A DNA stretch of 50,817 bases, the filler included, from Dirinaria sp. TL-2023a (Eukaryota): NCBI GenBank assembly GCA_051941275.1. It is 3 parts of 3 records of this genome, joined end to end, with 100 filler letters (N's around TTAATTAATTAA, not from the genome) between each part and the next. Parts side by side here need not be neighbours in the genome. Positions count along the whole stretch, not along the records: positions 16,984 to 33,864 come from JAVEBF010000469.1; positions 33,965 to 50,817 come from JAVEBF010000470.1; 1 more part is not named here. One strand, 5' to 3'. Shown one piece after another: positions 22,925-34,900 of this stretch. The number at the start of each line of letters is the position of its first letter. Position 1 is the stretch's first letter. A program made the position numbers and the translations under genes. The notes beneath the pieces are model-generated. The model searched no databases and was not told where the DNA came from. It worked only from the letters and a program-made list of their open reading frames with translations.

Positions 22925-23878
22925 GGTTTGAGCAGTGATGGGCCATCTGCGAGCGGTAGCATTATCAAATTGATCGAAAAAGCTTGTCAACGTGAGGGCA
23001 ATTGTGCGCGTGCATGGTGAAAAGGAGATTATTGTCTGATTGAAGCGTTCAAGCATAACATTGTTCTCTTTAAAAGTTATCTGTAAATCCACGCTGTACT
23101 TTCTGGAACTACATTGATCTCTGCGTAAACGAGGAACTTTCCACCGGCTTCCTTGGCCAGCGCGCCAAAAGCTCCAAGATCAGCTGTAATGAGAGACATG
23201 CGAATCAATTCTCTCATCAGTCAATCGACCTTAATTTCGCAAAATGCCATCACTGCATGTAACGCCGTGTTTAAAATTTCCTCAACTCTCATCGCCCATC
23301 CATGTCAAGGCTCCGGGCCGAAGGGTAAGTATCTCGACGTCGTGTGCTCCATCTGCCCCCCAGTTTCCCCTCCAAGACTATCCACGGAGAAGAACAGGAA
23401 AAGCCAGAGTGAATATGAAGGGTCCGTTTTATGATGTTGAGGAGGAAAAATTCGGGTCATGCCTCATCTGCAGATGGCGATGCGTGGTTCGGGGCTAGGC
23501 TGCATGCGGAATGGTGAGACGGCTCTCGAGTAGGAAAAGCTTGGCGGTGGTTTTGCGTGGGGGATTTTGGAGCGAGTTTCGTTGAACGGGAACACTTGGG
23601 TTGAGTAAAGTAATATAAGTACGGAGCAGTACAGTACATTAAGGTACCCCAACGGACCCCCACAGGTGATGCATAACACACCTCAAAAGATCTGAACTAG
23701 CAATAATATCTCCAATTCCCCTCTACATTGGCGATCCTTAGCGCTCTGATCTATCTATCCTTGAACTATCGTACTTAAGCACTCAAATTTCCACTGCGCC
23801 TCTACTTTTTCCAAAGAGATCTTAGACCCCCAAGAATATTTTCAAGCTTTCTTGATTGATTCATATTAAGAAGATATC

Positions 23879-24743
23879 ATGGCTCCTGGAGGCCGAGGTC
23901 GAGGTGGGAAATTTAGCAAGCCGACGAGAGGAGGTAATTACTGACAGGCTGATACTTGTCAATCAAAACGTCCGCTAATTTGTTACTTAGGCGGCAAGAA
24001 ATTCAGCAAGAACCTCACCCCTCTAGATGCGGACGGTAATCCTGTCAGCATGTGGGGAGTACGTTAAGGACTCCTGCCCTTCAGGCAACTCCGACTAACA
24101 CAATATTCAGGAACCCCAACAACCCAAAGACGATGACTCATCCTCAGAAGAAGAGTCCTCTTCAGAAGAAGAATCCTCAGATGAGCCATCATCATCAGCG
24201 AAGCCAGAACAAACTCGAGAAGAACGCCGCGCCGCTGCCAAAGCGAAGAAAGAAGCCGCCATAGCCCGCAAAGCCAAGAAAGCAGCCGCACCAGGCGACC
24301 TTCCCTCCTCGTCCTCGGAAGAGGAAGAAGAAGACTCGGATGGACCCGCCCCCGCGAACCCCAACCACACCGCCAAGTCTCGCTCGCAAGCTTCCGCTGC
24401 GCCTCGTCAGCCCTCCGACGCCCCAGCTAAACCCGCTAAAGCTACTCCTGTCAGCCAATTGAGCAGGAGAGAGAGGGAGGCTCTACAAGCGCAGCAGGCG
24501 AAAGAGCGATATCAGAAGATGCACGCAGAGGGTAAGACCGATGAGGCAAGGGCGGACCTGGAGCGGTTGAAGCTGGTGCGGGAGAAGCGAGACCTGGAGG
24601 CTGCAAGGAAGAAGGCGGAGAAAGAGGAGAGGGAGGCGGCTGAGAAGGAGAGAGTGAAGGAGATCGAGGAAAAGGAGAGGAAGAAGAGAGAAGCTGCTAT
24701 GGGCGCCGCCGGCGGAGGTAAAGGTGGAAAGAAGAAAGCGTAG
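23879..24743 (+). CDS. PP28 / heat- and acid-stable phosphoprotein (PDAP1-like); exons 23879-23933, 23991-24058, 24111-24743
   Basis: [24 protein letters not shown] start, acidic Ser-rich middle, and [41 protein letters not shown] signature. Two canonical introns join in frame. Confidence 0.88.
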
Positions 24744-24945
24744 GAAATGTTCTATACACGACATATTGGGTGGGTTGGTGGTAAAGCTGTAGGGTTCAGC
24801 TTCATGGGTCCAAAGACGGAAATGCGGAAGCAGTTACGGGGATACTGAGGTACGATATCCGGTTATTCGAGAACGCGGGTAGTCGTGCTCGGGATGCCTT
24901 ACTGCCTCACCCTCGCTAATGTGCTTTGTACACTACCACCCAATA

Positions 24946-25450
24946 CTAAGGCGGCAGCTGACAGTCGCTGATTGTAATCTCTATTTCGTGGTCGATGACG
25001 ACCATTTTCTCATTTACCTCCTTTTGCATGCTCCACAACAATTCTTCCACCGACATTGGCGCCGTTTGATACACATCTCGGTGTGAGAGACAAACCAAGT
25101 CAGGATTGATTTCCCACTTTGACTGGTCCCAACTCGACCAAGGCTGCATGCCTTTTCGTTCTTGTACGCCCACCAAACGTTTTCCCTCGTAGCGGAGGCT
25201 ATCACGGGTGACAGGTTGTACAACCCCGTCTCTACCACCGGCTGATCGAGGCGCGTACCACGGTACCGTACGTTGGAAACCAAGGCGTTGGGACGGACAA
25301 ACCGTTGCAGCGCCCGTCGTACAAGGCGCTTCGAGGACGAAGCAAACTCTCCATCAACCCATATCCCATAGATTCGGGAAACTTCCAAGCTCGACTCGCC
25401 CGACTATTTCCATCGCGCAATTGCCTCGCCTCATCTCTGCACTGCATGCA
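24946..25450 (-). pseudogene. Possible fragmented hypothetical gene
   Basis: Two overlapping protein-like ORFs in different frames (25014-25388, 24946-25176). No recognised motif. Confidence 0.2.
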
Positions 25451-26312
25451 TACGAAAGGCAGAACAGCTGACGAGCAGGCAGCAGGACCTGTCCACGTAT
25501 CCCAGGCTTACCTTTGGGTCCTGCAAATGTTGCTACCTACATGTGCCCTTTCGATTTCACACCCAAGTGACGTCATCGCAAACAAAGAGAACGATGCAAG
25601 GCGGTCTTCGTATGACTCGAACAGGACTTACAAACGACATTCGGAAGGCTGAAGAAAGAAATCGCAATACCTGAAGAGTGATAGCTGCAACGTCGAATTA
25701 CCTGTAACGGTTGGTGGTGTTGGATATTCACGCTAGCATGATCATCCGTCAGCCTACGAAAGGCTTAGCGTAGGTTTCTAACGATGTTGATTGGCTCTTT
25801 GACCACCACTCCCAGTCCCCCCTGATGACTGCGATGAAGTTATAGGCACTAGTCCTAGAGCATCATGGATATCGACACCGCCTCTGCCAGCGCCAGAAGC
25901 CTCCGAGTTGGTGTGCCTGCTGACCCTCTGATTGATTCTCTTCTCTCACGAGGCTCCATGAACCTTGTCCCTGGAGGCCCGTCCCTCGCCACCCGAGCCT
26001 CTGACGCGTTCCCCTTTTATACACGCCTGCTGCATGACATGACTCCAAGCTCAAGACACCAGATCTGACCATCGCCTTACCCTACCCTGTCTCAAGACCC
26101 CCTTCACAAGCCTTCCTGGCATTTCTCGAATTACTAAAGCCCCAGGACTATTATTCGGCTTGTGCGACCACACCTTTACCTGTCGTCCCACCTCGTGCCT
26201 CTTATATACATGGCAGTTCAGCCGCCTGGCAACTCAAAGGCGTCATCCCATAGTCGATAATGGTATGTGCTTCCAGATCTAGGCTTATCCGGTTGCATAC
26301 TAAATTCCAGAT

Positions 26313-29300
26313 ATGAAGGGCACATCGGCGTCGGATATCCCCATCAACCGTTTTGGACTCACAGAGGTCTCCCCGTCCAAACCCGCCTCTGTCGACGTGG
26401 TCCTGGTGCACGGCCTGAATGGCGACCCTCACAATACTTGGACCAGCGAGAAGACGAAGACATTCTGGCCGTCCCAGCTGTTGCCACCAATATTAGAGGA
26501 GGAGCATGCGAGAGTGCTGGTGTACGGCTACGATGCCGACGTCACATCATTTACCGATGGCGTCTCAAAGGACAAGATCCATAACCATGCCGAGCACTTA
26601 GTCGCCGAACTTGCTGCCAACAGGCGCATACGTCGCGCGTCAGAAAGGCCCATCATTTTCATTGCACACTCTCTGGGCGGCCTCGTGGTGAAGAGAGCGT
26701 TGATCTATTCGTCCGAAATCAGAGGGACGAAGACGGAGCATTTGCGATCGATATTCGTGTCGACGTATGGTATCTTATTTCTCGGAACGCCACACAAAGG
26801 CTCAGATCTCGCCAAATGGGGTAGCCGCCTCGAAAGCATTTGCAGCGCGGTGATGCCAAAGAAGGTCTTTAATTCCAACAGTAGCCTGGTCAACGCCTTG
26901 AAGGAGAACAACGAGACGCTTCAGAATATTGATCGTCAGTTCATCCAGATCATGAGCAAATTCCATATTTTCTTCTTTCATGAGGCCAAGCCCACCGATC
27001 TCAAGGGGACTTATGGCTACGTATGTCGCAGTGAAATGCCTCCGTCGGCTTGCAGAGGCTAATTAGATACATAGGTCGTCGACGAGGAATCGGCTTCACC
27101 TACGGTCCAAGATGTGGAGCGTGCAGGCATCCAAGCCGACCACTCGCATATGTGCAAGTTTGAGAACGACAGTGCACCTGGCTTCGACCTCGTGGCAGAA
27201 GCCATCCAACGATATTCGGAAGAAGCACCGGATGCGATCAAGGGACGGTGGAGTACTGAACTTGTAGAAAGGACCATCCAGAAGAGAGCAGCCGCAGAAG
27301 AACTTGCCCCTGGTAAGCTATCGTCCGGCTCTGGATCAGTATCGACACCGCTGACGGGCATAGGCAGCGTGAAAGGCACACCCCAATCCGACTCCACGAG
27401 CACCTTCGATCCAAGCCCTGGTAAGGATATGAAAACGCTACCCGCCCCTGAGCAGCAAAATTTCCTTGAAAGCGAGTATACCGTCGAATATGAGGACGAT
27501 AATGTCAAGTTGGCGAGATAGAATGGGCTTATTTCGTGAATGGCTGGCAGATTGAAGGCGTTAATTGTTTGGATGCAGTAAATTGTTCTCGCGTTTTCTT
27601 GGCCGGAATTGCTGATTATTTGGGCGATAATGTAGGTAATTCAACAAGCAATCTCCTTGAACAGCGAGAAGAGCCACAACCAGAACTGAAAGATGATGCC
27701 ACCACAACCGCTGACCTCCCCCCCAAACCGACAGAGCCAAAGCCTACAGAAACGAGGTCCACAGAGCCGTATTTCATCGTGCCTCCAGGCTTTCGCCCAA
27801 ATGACTTCTTCGTAGGTTTGGAAAAGGAGTATCAGGAACTTGACCGGCGATTGTTTGACAAGCCGCGGCAGGTCGGGACCGCCGCTGTACTGCTCCATGG
27901 GCAGGCTGGAGGTGGCAAATCCCACCTTGCCCGGCAGTATGTCAATAAGAACCGTGATAAATTCAGCGGCGGTATTTTCTGGATCACTGCGGGATCACGA
28001 GAAGAAAGAGATCATGCCTGGTGGAATATCTGCCAAAAAGTCATCGCGAGAGACAAACCAAAAATGTGCAACGAAGGGAAGCATTTTGTAGAAACGGTCA
28101 AGAATTGGTTCGAGGCTCGTGAAGAGTGGCTCATCGTCTTCGATGGAGTTGCGCTCGATAAAGATGAAGATGCGACCGAAATGCAGAAATTCGTACCCGA
28201 CAGCAAGAATTCGAGCATCATCTACATTTCAAGAGCCAAGAACCTGGAGTCCAAGCAGCGACTACTGCGGCCTTTTGCGATAAGAGTGGCATCGTTGAAG
28301 GAAGATGATGCCAGAAAACTATTGTTTAAAGAACTGCGCATCAAGAATCCCACAGAAGCTGAAAAAAGAAAAGGTACAGAGCTGGTCAAGAAAATCGGTG
28401 GTCTGCCCTTGGCTATTGACGCGATCTGTCACCGCATCTCCGATACCCATGAGCCCCTGACTAAGTTCAACATCAAGTCTTACTCTGCCGATCCGAAAAT
28501 GGGTGGAACATACAACAAGATCCTCGACGACCTGCAACGCCTTGGCCACATGGAGGCTTGGAATTTGATCCACATCTTATGCTTCTTCGGACAGCATATA
28601 CCGGTGGAGATGGTGTATCTCGGCCTCAAATCTCTCAGACACGACAATGTTGAGGTAAGGTCGAGCGAAGATGGTGGAAAGCCTGACCTCAATACAACCT
28701 TTGGTATCCTGATGAGATATGCCTTGATCGAAAGGAATGAGCCCGACGATGGCTCCATGTCGTCAAGCCGGGACAGCTTGGTTGGCCCCGAGCCCATCGA
28801 TGTGTTGAAAGTCCACAGCGTTGTGCAGAAATTCTGCTGCGACTCTCTGAATGGAATGAATATACTTCCAACATGGCTATGGTACGCTGTACGGCTGTTT
28901 GGGTACTCGTTCCACCAGGCAGATGTTCGAATCAAGCAGAGGCCGGCACCAGGACGAGTGTCTGATTACCGCGAGTACCTTACCCATGGACAGAGACTAT
29001 GGGACCAGACTTTACATTACCGAAGTAGCGTGCAGCCACTCGATGATATTCAGAAGCATCTGAAACCGATAATAGACGCAATTACCGAGGAAATTCAGTA
29101 CAGAGAACCCAGCTCGTCCCCAGAAAGCGTGGCTAGGGGTGCATTTCAGGTTTCAGTTTTCGACCGGACAAGCAGCAGCTCAGACTCAGCTCCATCCGTG
29201 TCGGAGGCTCGCACGCCCGAGCATCGGCCATCTCCTTTACCATTGCCAGACGAAAACGTCTACGGATTCCCGCTCGAGAAACCTGCTATGGACTCGCCAG

Positions 29301-31045
29301 CCAGCTTTGGTACCTCCACACCACGAACTTCCGGCTACCCTAAGATAGTGGGCGGTAGCCCCCGCCTTCCACACTACGATGACGGTTACGAAAGTGATCA
29401 AGAGAATCTTAATGGTGCTGTCCCCATGCGGCGAAACCTCTCTGATCAGACAGAACGGCCCGCCGAACCAATGCCGACAGTACCAGAGATCACTCCGTCG
29501 TCCCAAGGCCTGACAGCTGAACCCAACTGGCAAACTGTGCCACCACGTAAGAGCAAAAAGCCAGGACCAAAACGTAATCTGGGGAGCTTCCGACCGATGC
29601 CAGCAGGAGCACAACTTGACCGAGCACAAGTTAATCGGCGAGCCGCAGCTGGTTCAGTGGCAAAATCCGACTCGGAATCCAAAGAGCAGCATCTCAGTTC
29701 AGAAGCTTTCGCTTCTCTTTCTGAAGTCCATCAGAAGAGCCCTTCCCCGAACAAAGAGTCTGGTATCAGCTCGTTCTTCCATCGCAGATCGTCCAGCAAA
29801 CCTGAAAGTGCCGACACTAGGCCCAGCTGGGCTAAAATAGCAGCAGGTCAAGCTCGACTCTCACCACCGCCTCAGCAAACTTCTGCACAAGACACGCCTT
29901 CGCCGGCGACAATGATCATGGAGCGTGGTCGTCCTCGTGAGAGCATTGGAAGAAGACAGGGGAATCCTCAACGCTCACCATTGGCATCTGAGTTCGTACC
30001 CGGTCGTGAGGGTACCTACGACAGCCAATCCAGGCCGGTAACTTCTCAAGGCCTCCAGCCGACTGCCACTCCATATACTCCGCCGCCGCAGCCCCGACCC
30101 ATCTTACCAGATCCAATCGATTACGCTCCTCCTCCACCGATAGGTCCGAATCCCACACCCTATCCTGTATACGAGAACATACCCCCGCCCACACGCCATC
30201 CACTGGCATCTTCAGAAACGTCTTCCCCGCCACCTCAACCAGCATTTTACCCGAGCCCACCATCTCCGCCATCGAACCCATCCCCATCATCACGTCCCTC
30301 TCCCAATGCTCCCTACGTCACGCGCTACTCACCTCCTTACCCGCCACCCACAATCCCCCTCGGCTACACCTCCGCGCCTATGTCGCGCAATGGAAGCGGA
30401 CAATCACACTTCTCAACCGCTGAAACCGAACCTCCACGCTACCTCCCCACCTTTCCGTCCCAAAACACCACAATACCGCTCTACGATGCGTCCCACTATC
30501 GCGACAACCCTCAATACGACCCCGTAGCCGGCACAGGCGGCTGGTCATACCCTTATCCCTATCCCTATCCCTACCCCTACTCCCAACCAACCCGGAACCC
30601 GTCTTCACCACACTCCTCCCCTGGCCCTTCCCATGCAGCCATGTCCCGCTCCTCGTCCGGCCCAGGCATCGCACTCGATTCCCCAACCACCGGGCTGGGT
30701 ATCGTCCGCTTCGATCCCGCTTCCTCAATGCAATTCGGCGAGCACGACGCCATCAGTCTAGAAGAGGCGCGGCGGCGCACGCTCGAGCATGAGGCCCGCC
30801 TTCGGGAAAGGGATCGAGAAATCGCAGAGCTGAAAGCGAGGATGCGAGAAGTGGAGAGGAAGGCCAGCGGGAGCAGTCCAGCGCTGCCGGGATCCGGAAG
30901 TGGGGAAGGTGCGAGTACCAAACCGTATCCGGAGGTCAATCTGATTCCGACGGATACGGATGAAGGAGGCTTGCAGCGGATGGTGGAAGAGGCGCAGGCC
31001 GTAAGTGGAAGGCAGAGGGGGTTCAGTGTTCCCGAGGCTGCATAA
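26313..31045 (+). CDS. Alpha/beta-hydrolase (LipA/SesB-like) plus NB-ARC domain protein (fungal NLR-like STAND ATPase), multi-exon
   Basis: Hydrolase motifs VDVVLVHGLNG, AHSLGG (nucleophile Ser), FLGTPHKGS, VVDEESA and ADHSHMCKF. NB-ARC motifs FVG, P-loop GQAGGGKS, Walker B WLIVFDG, GGLPLAI and VHSVVQ. Intron 27021-27074, then a phase-1 donor at 27313 or 27421 splicing to the acceptor at 27635. Confidence 0.88.
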
Positions 31046-31785
31046 ATTTTTGTTTTTTTCCTCTTTGTTTTCCAGCTTCATCTATAACGTTTTTGGTTTG
31101 ATATTTCCTGTACGATTACTGCATTTGCATTTCCGCAGCAAGATACCAATGCATAGAGGATAGGGCGGGCGGAAAAGTTCGATTTATATATATTTATATA
31201 TTCATAATACTTTCTTCGTATTCTCCACAGCTTATATACTTCTACCTAAGTCATACATGACATTTACTATCAAACCTTTCATAGAAGAAGAAGAATCGAG
31301 AGCAGCGGGGAATCTGGAGGTGTATTCGGTTCGGAATTAATCCGGGAAGAGCAAAGCAATCGGAGATGAGATAGGGCAAGCTATTGTAGCTGCCTTTTGA
31401 AAGGCGAGTTGGGTCATTGTATGGATCAGAAAGGCATTGTTCGAAGAATGTAAGTCCAGACGGGTTTTGTGTCATTGGTCTAAAATCACATTTATTGAAT
31501 CATCACAAGGCAGTCTAACACCCTATGACACGAATTAGGATATCACTACGTGATTCTATTTGCTGACACTCACTGGATCAAGTAACACTACAATGGCGAC
31601 AATCTGGAATAAATACAGTCGAAATTCCTCTGCATCTTGTCATGATAACAGACAATGGGATTGGTTACGCAGATAACAGAACGCTCTCGTGTCGACTCTG
31701 GAGGATCAGTAGTCAGTGACAGCATCAGAGTAAGTGCTACGTTAAATTGACTATTGTGCTACTAATGACCCCACAGCCAATCACG

Positions 31786-33297
31786 ATGGACAGCCTGCCC
31801 AACGAAATACTCGGTGGCATCTTACACTTGCTCCCGATATATTCGTTGAAAGATGCACGTCTCACTTGTAAATCCTGGCGAGATGCCGGTGCACGGTATC
31901 TCTTCCGGCGAGTCTATTTTGCACCTCGCTATGAGGTTATGGACGTCTTCACCAACATCACTCAAAATCCGGCTTTCGCTTCCAACATCGAAGAGTTGGT
32001 TTATGACGCTCGTCTGTTCTGGGGCTATATGGAAGTCCCTAAGAAATACAGAAAAGCGCTAAGCAGAAACTTCCCAAAACGGTACCCATTTAACCCGAAA
32101 CGTGATCGCGGAGAAAGCGACAGCGATGAAGATGTTGAGGAATATGACAATGGCAATAACACAGTTGACAGCCATGGTAGCGGTTCAGCCAGTACAGGTA
32201 GCGTTTTCGAACCTATTGGTAGATTTACACTCACTGATGCTAATGTGTCCGTAGATGCTACCAACGAGTCCAAAGCTTCTTTTGAGGAAGCTTATCGCGT
32301 TAGCATTTCGAGATATTCGAGCCTGCTGCGTGAACAAAATCAGATCCTCAATGAAGGGAAAGACCTCGCATTGCTACGCACTGGTTTTAAGCAATTACGA
32401 AAGCTCAAGCGTATCTTGATACTGGACAAATTCAACGAACCTGTCGAGTATCTTCACTTTCACTGGGACATTTGGGAGTTCGACTGGTACGAAAAGTGGT
32501 CCGCTGAACTCTACAAGGGCATCGCACAGCCTACACCTTGGTGGGTGGCGGACATCACGAATCGAGGAACCCGCCTCAGAGATTTCCCTTGGGGTTTTGA
32601 AAGTGTCACACATCTGCTCCTTGCAGCCAAAGAGTATGTGCCTCAGTTACGTGAATTGTATGTGGGCTGTCAATGCTCGCAATTGTCATGGGAAATCTAC
32701 AGCCGAGTGGAGAACGTTAAACTTCTTCGTCAGATTGCACCCCGACTTACCTGTTTTCAGTTGAATTGCAGCGCCGCTTGGTTCGAGCCGAGCCCGCCGC
32801 GTTCACAACGCATTAAAGCCGTCGAGAACATCCTGAAAGAAACGAAGTGTTTAAGGGAGCTTGCCCTCAGCACGAGCGATACCTACGAAGACATGTGGTC
32901 GGGGATCTTCTGTAAGATCAAGTGGCCTCATCTGAGAGTACTTGATCTAGCAGACGGGCTTGTGACAGCCGGGAGTTTGCGAGCCATCCTCAGCGCACAT
33001 TGTGACACGCTTCGTGAGTTGAGATTCCGCTACTTGCATATCACAGAGGGCTCGTGGGCAGACGTCGCTCGAGAAGCGGGTCCATCACTGAAACTCCATA
33101 TGATCACACTCTATTATGTCGGTGTTGGAGAAGGCCGTCAACGCCAACTTGGCGTACTGGACGCTGCAAACGTCGCTCGTGATTTTTTGCAGTGCTTTCC
33201 TAGTCACGTTCTTCGGGCAAGATTGGTCGAACCCGGCGGGGCGATAGCCTGGCACAAGCAAGACTTCAAGCCAGCCTACGAAATCAAGACCATCTAG
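31786..33297 (+). CDS. F-box domain protein with LRR-like C-terminus
   Basis: MDSLPNEILGGILHLL...LKDARLTCKSW F-box, plus LRELALS, WPHLRVLDL and TLRELRF repeats. An upstream GTAAGT...CTAAT...CAG intron (about 31730-31776) suggests the ATG at 31786 is the start. Confidence 0.85.
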   Translation: MDSLPNEILGGILHLLPIYSLKDARLTCKSWRDAGARYLFRRVYFAPRYEVMDVFTNITQNPAFASNIEELVYDARLFWGYMEVPKKYRKALSRNFPKRYPFNPKRDRGESDSDEDVEEYDNGNNTVDSHGSGSASTGSVFEPIGRFTLTDANVSVDATNESKASFEEAYRVSISRYSSLLREQNQILNEGKDLALLRTGFKQLRKLKRILILDKFNEPVEYLHFHWDIWEFDWYEKWSAELYKGIAQPTPWWVADITNRGTRLRDFPWGFESVTHLLLAAKEYVPQLRELYVGCQCSQLSWEIYSRVENVKLLRQIAPRLTCFQLNCSAAWFEPSPPRSQRIKAVENILKETKCLRELALSTSDTYEDMWSGIFCKIKWPHLRVLDLADGLVTAGSLRAILSAHCDTLRELRFRYLHITEGSWADVAREAGPSLKLHMITLYYVGVGEGRQRQLGVLDAANVARDFLQCFPSHVLRARLVEPGGAIAWHKQDFKPAYEIKTI

Positions 33298-33864
33298 GAC
33301 TTCTCGAGCATACGCCGAGCGTTCGGCTTCGCGGTGCCTTCTGACATGGTCATCCGCACGATCACCGATTACAGATAGCCTCAAAGCATGAATCAGAGTA
33401 ACATACAAGTAATTGATTAATCAATGATTTTACTGTGCAATCGTCTTCATAATGAACGCTGTGCTGACCAAGTACATCACACTGAATACAAGTGCATTCA
33501 AATACCTCGGGCGTCCTTGGACAGGGCGTAGGATTGCTACTTTGACTTGTCTATTTCAGGTGACACTGGTATTATTTTTTCTCAATTGCGCTAGATACCG
33601 CTATTAATATTCTCCGATTAAACAACCATGGACGTTTATTTGGGTGTGTTGAACAGGCTTTCAAAAATCCGAGGGATTGGGTGACATCTACTTTAGTCAG
33701 TCACCACTACCCAAGGAACCGCCACCTCAGGTACCTCTTCAGCTCGAGCTCAGTAGTTAGAGTGGCGGCATGCGCCTAGTGGTTCGAGTTACCTACTTGG
33801 ACCTGCGAAGGTTTCAGAAAATGCGAAACGACCAATCCCCAACTCCATTCCCCCTGCATTTCTT

Positions 33865-33964
33865 NNNNNNNNNNNNNNNNNNNNNNNNNNNNNNNNNNNN
33901 NNNNNNNNTTAATTAATTAANNNNNNNNNNNNNNNNNNNNNNNNNNNNNNNNNNNNNNNNNNNN
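33865..33964. other. Artificial contig-joining spacer (44 N + TTAATTAATTAA + 44 N)
   Basis: Same 100-bp structure as 16884-16983. Confidence 0.97.
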
Positions 33965-34900
33965 CTTCCCGCGCCCTGCCCCAAACCCGCCTCCCCTCTC
34001 CAATTCCCCTCCGCATCAAAGAATTCATTTATATTCTCCGCCGTGATCCATCCACCACTGCCAGGCATGGGCGGCGGCAGCGCACTCTGCTGGCCGTGGT
34101 TATCAAGCGAGATATACGGAGGAGCATCTGCATCATCCCCCGCTTCGACGGCAATACTCGGGAATCCCGGGCCTCCTCCGTCATCGGCACCGGAGCCGGG
34201 GGTTGCGGGGTCGGGGTGTAAGTCCGCGCAGTCGCTTAAGGCTGTGTATAGCGCTTGCGCTGGGTTTTGCGGTTCTCGGTCGGGTTCGGGAGAGGTGCCG
34301 TCTGTGGGTACAGGGGCTGAAGGGGTAGGAACTTGAGGAGGAACAGCGGAGGGAAGGATGGTGAGGGAGATGGTCGCGTCCGGGTCGTGGTCGTCGAAGG
34401 CGGAGGAGTCGGTTTGGAGCTGTAGGAACAGCGATGGTGGGGATGTAGGCGTGGAGCGTTGGATGGCGTGGAGGGATATTGAAGGGTAGGGGATCGAGAT
34501 TCCGTTGGATGTTGCAGTATTGAAGAGGATGAACCGCCTGTGCACGCGCGCCGCGCTGATTTAGCTGATTTATCTTTGATCCTCGTGTTTGTGATTGTAC
34601 GTACTCAGAAGTCACCCAAATATCAACGTTTGATGTTTCAACCACATGGTCGTCTTCATCTTCTTCGCCGTGTCCATTGGTCGCAGCTGCACCATTGAGA
34701 TTGGCTTCCGCACCACTGTTGAATAGGTTCTGGAGGATCGGAGCGGACAGAAGCTCCTTTGCTTGGATTTGGGCTGTTGCGGATGAAGAGTGGTGATGTA
34801 GCACTGGTGGGCCGGAGAAGAAGGATTCAGGCGTTTGGGATTGGTACGTGGCCAGCGGGATAAACGAGTCGGCGGCGGGCGCATCTTTGATCACTTCCAT
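33965..34900 (-). CDS. ICln / Voldacs-domain protein (LOT5-like), 3'-truncated by the contig end; exons 34900-34605, 34537-33965
   Basis: Motifs YQSQTPESFFSGPPVLH, VDIWVTSE|RFILF, GISIPYPSISLHAIQR, LYTALSDCADLHPDP and GSGGWITAEN. Phase-2 intron 34604-34538. Confidence 0.88.

Noticed and set aside
27536..27635. GTG-started N-terminus of the 1169-aa ORF as a separate gene start
   Set aside because: The segment looks intronic (branch site plus TAG acceptor at 27635) and is phase-compatible with the upstream hydrolase donors.
34181..34604. Arg/Pro-rich C-terminal part of the 239-aa ORF 34181-34900
   Set aside because: It is read-through into the intron and the wrong frame. Splicing at 34604-34538 gives the ICln-like protein.
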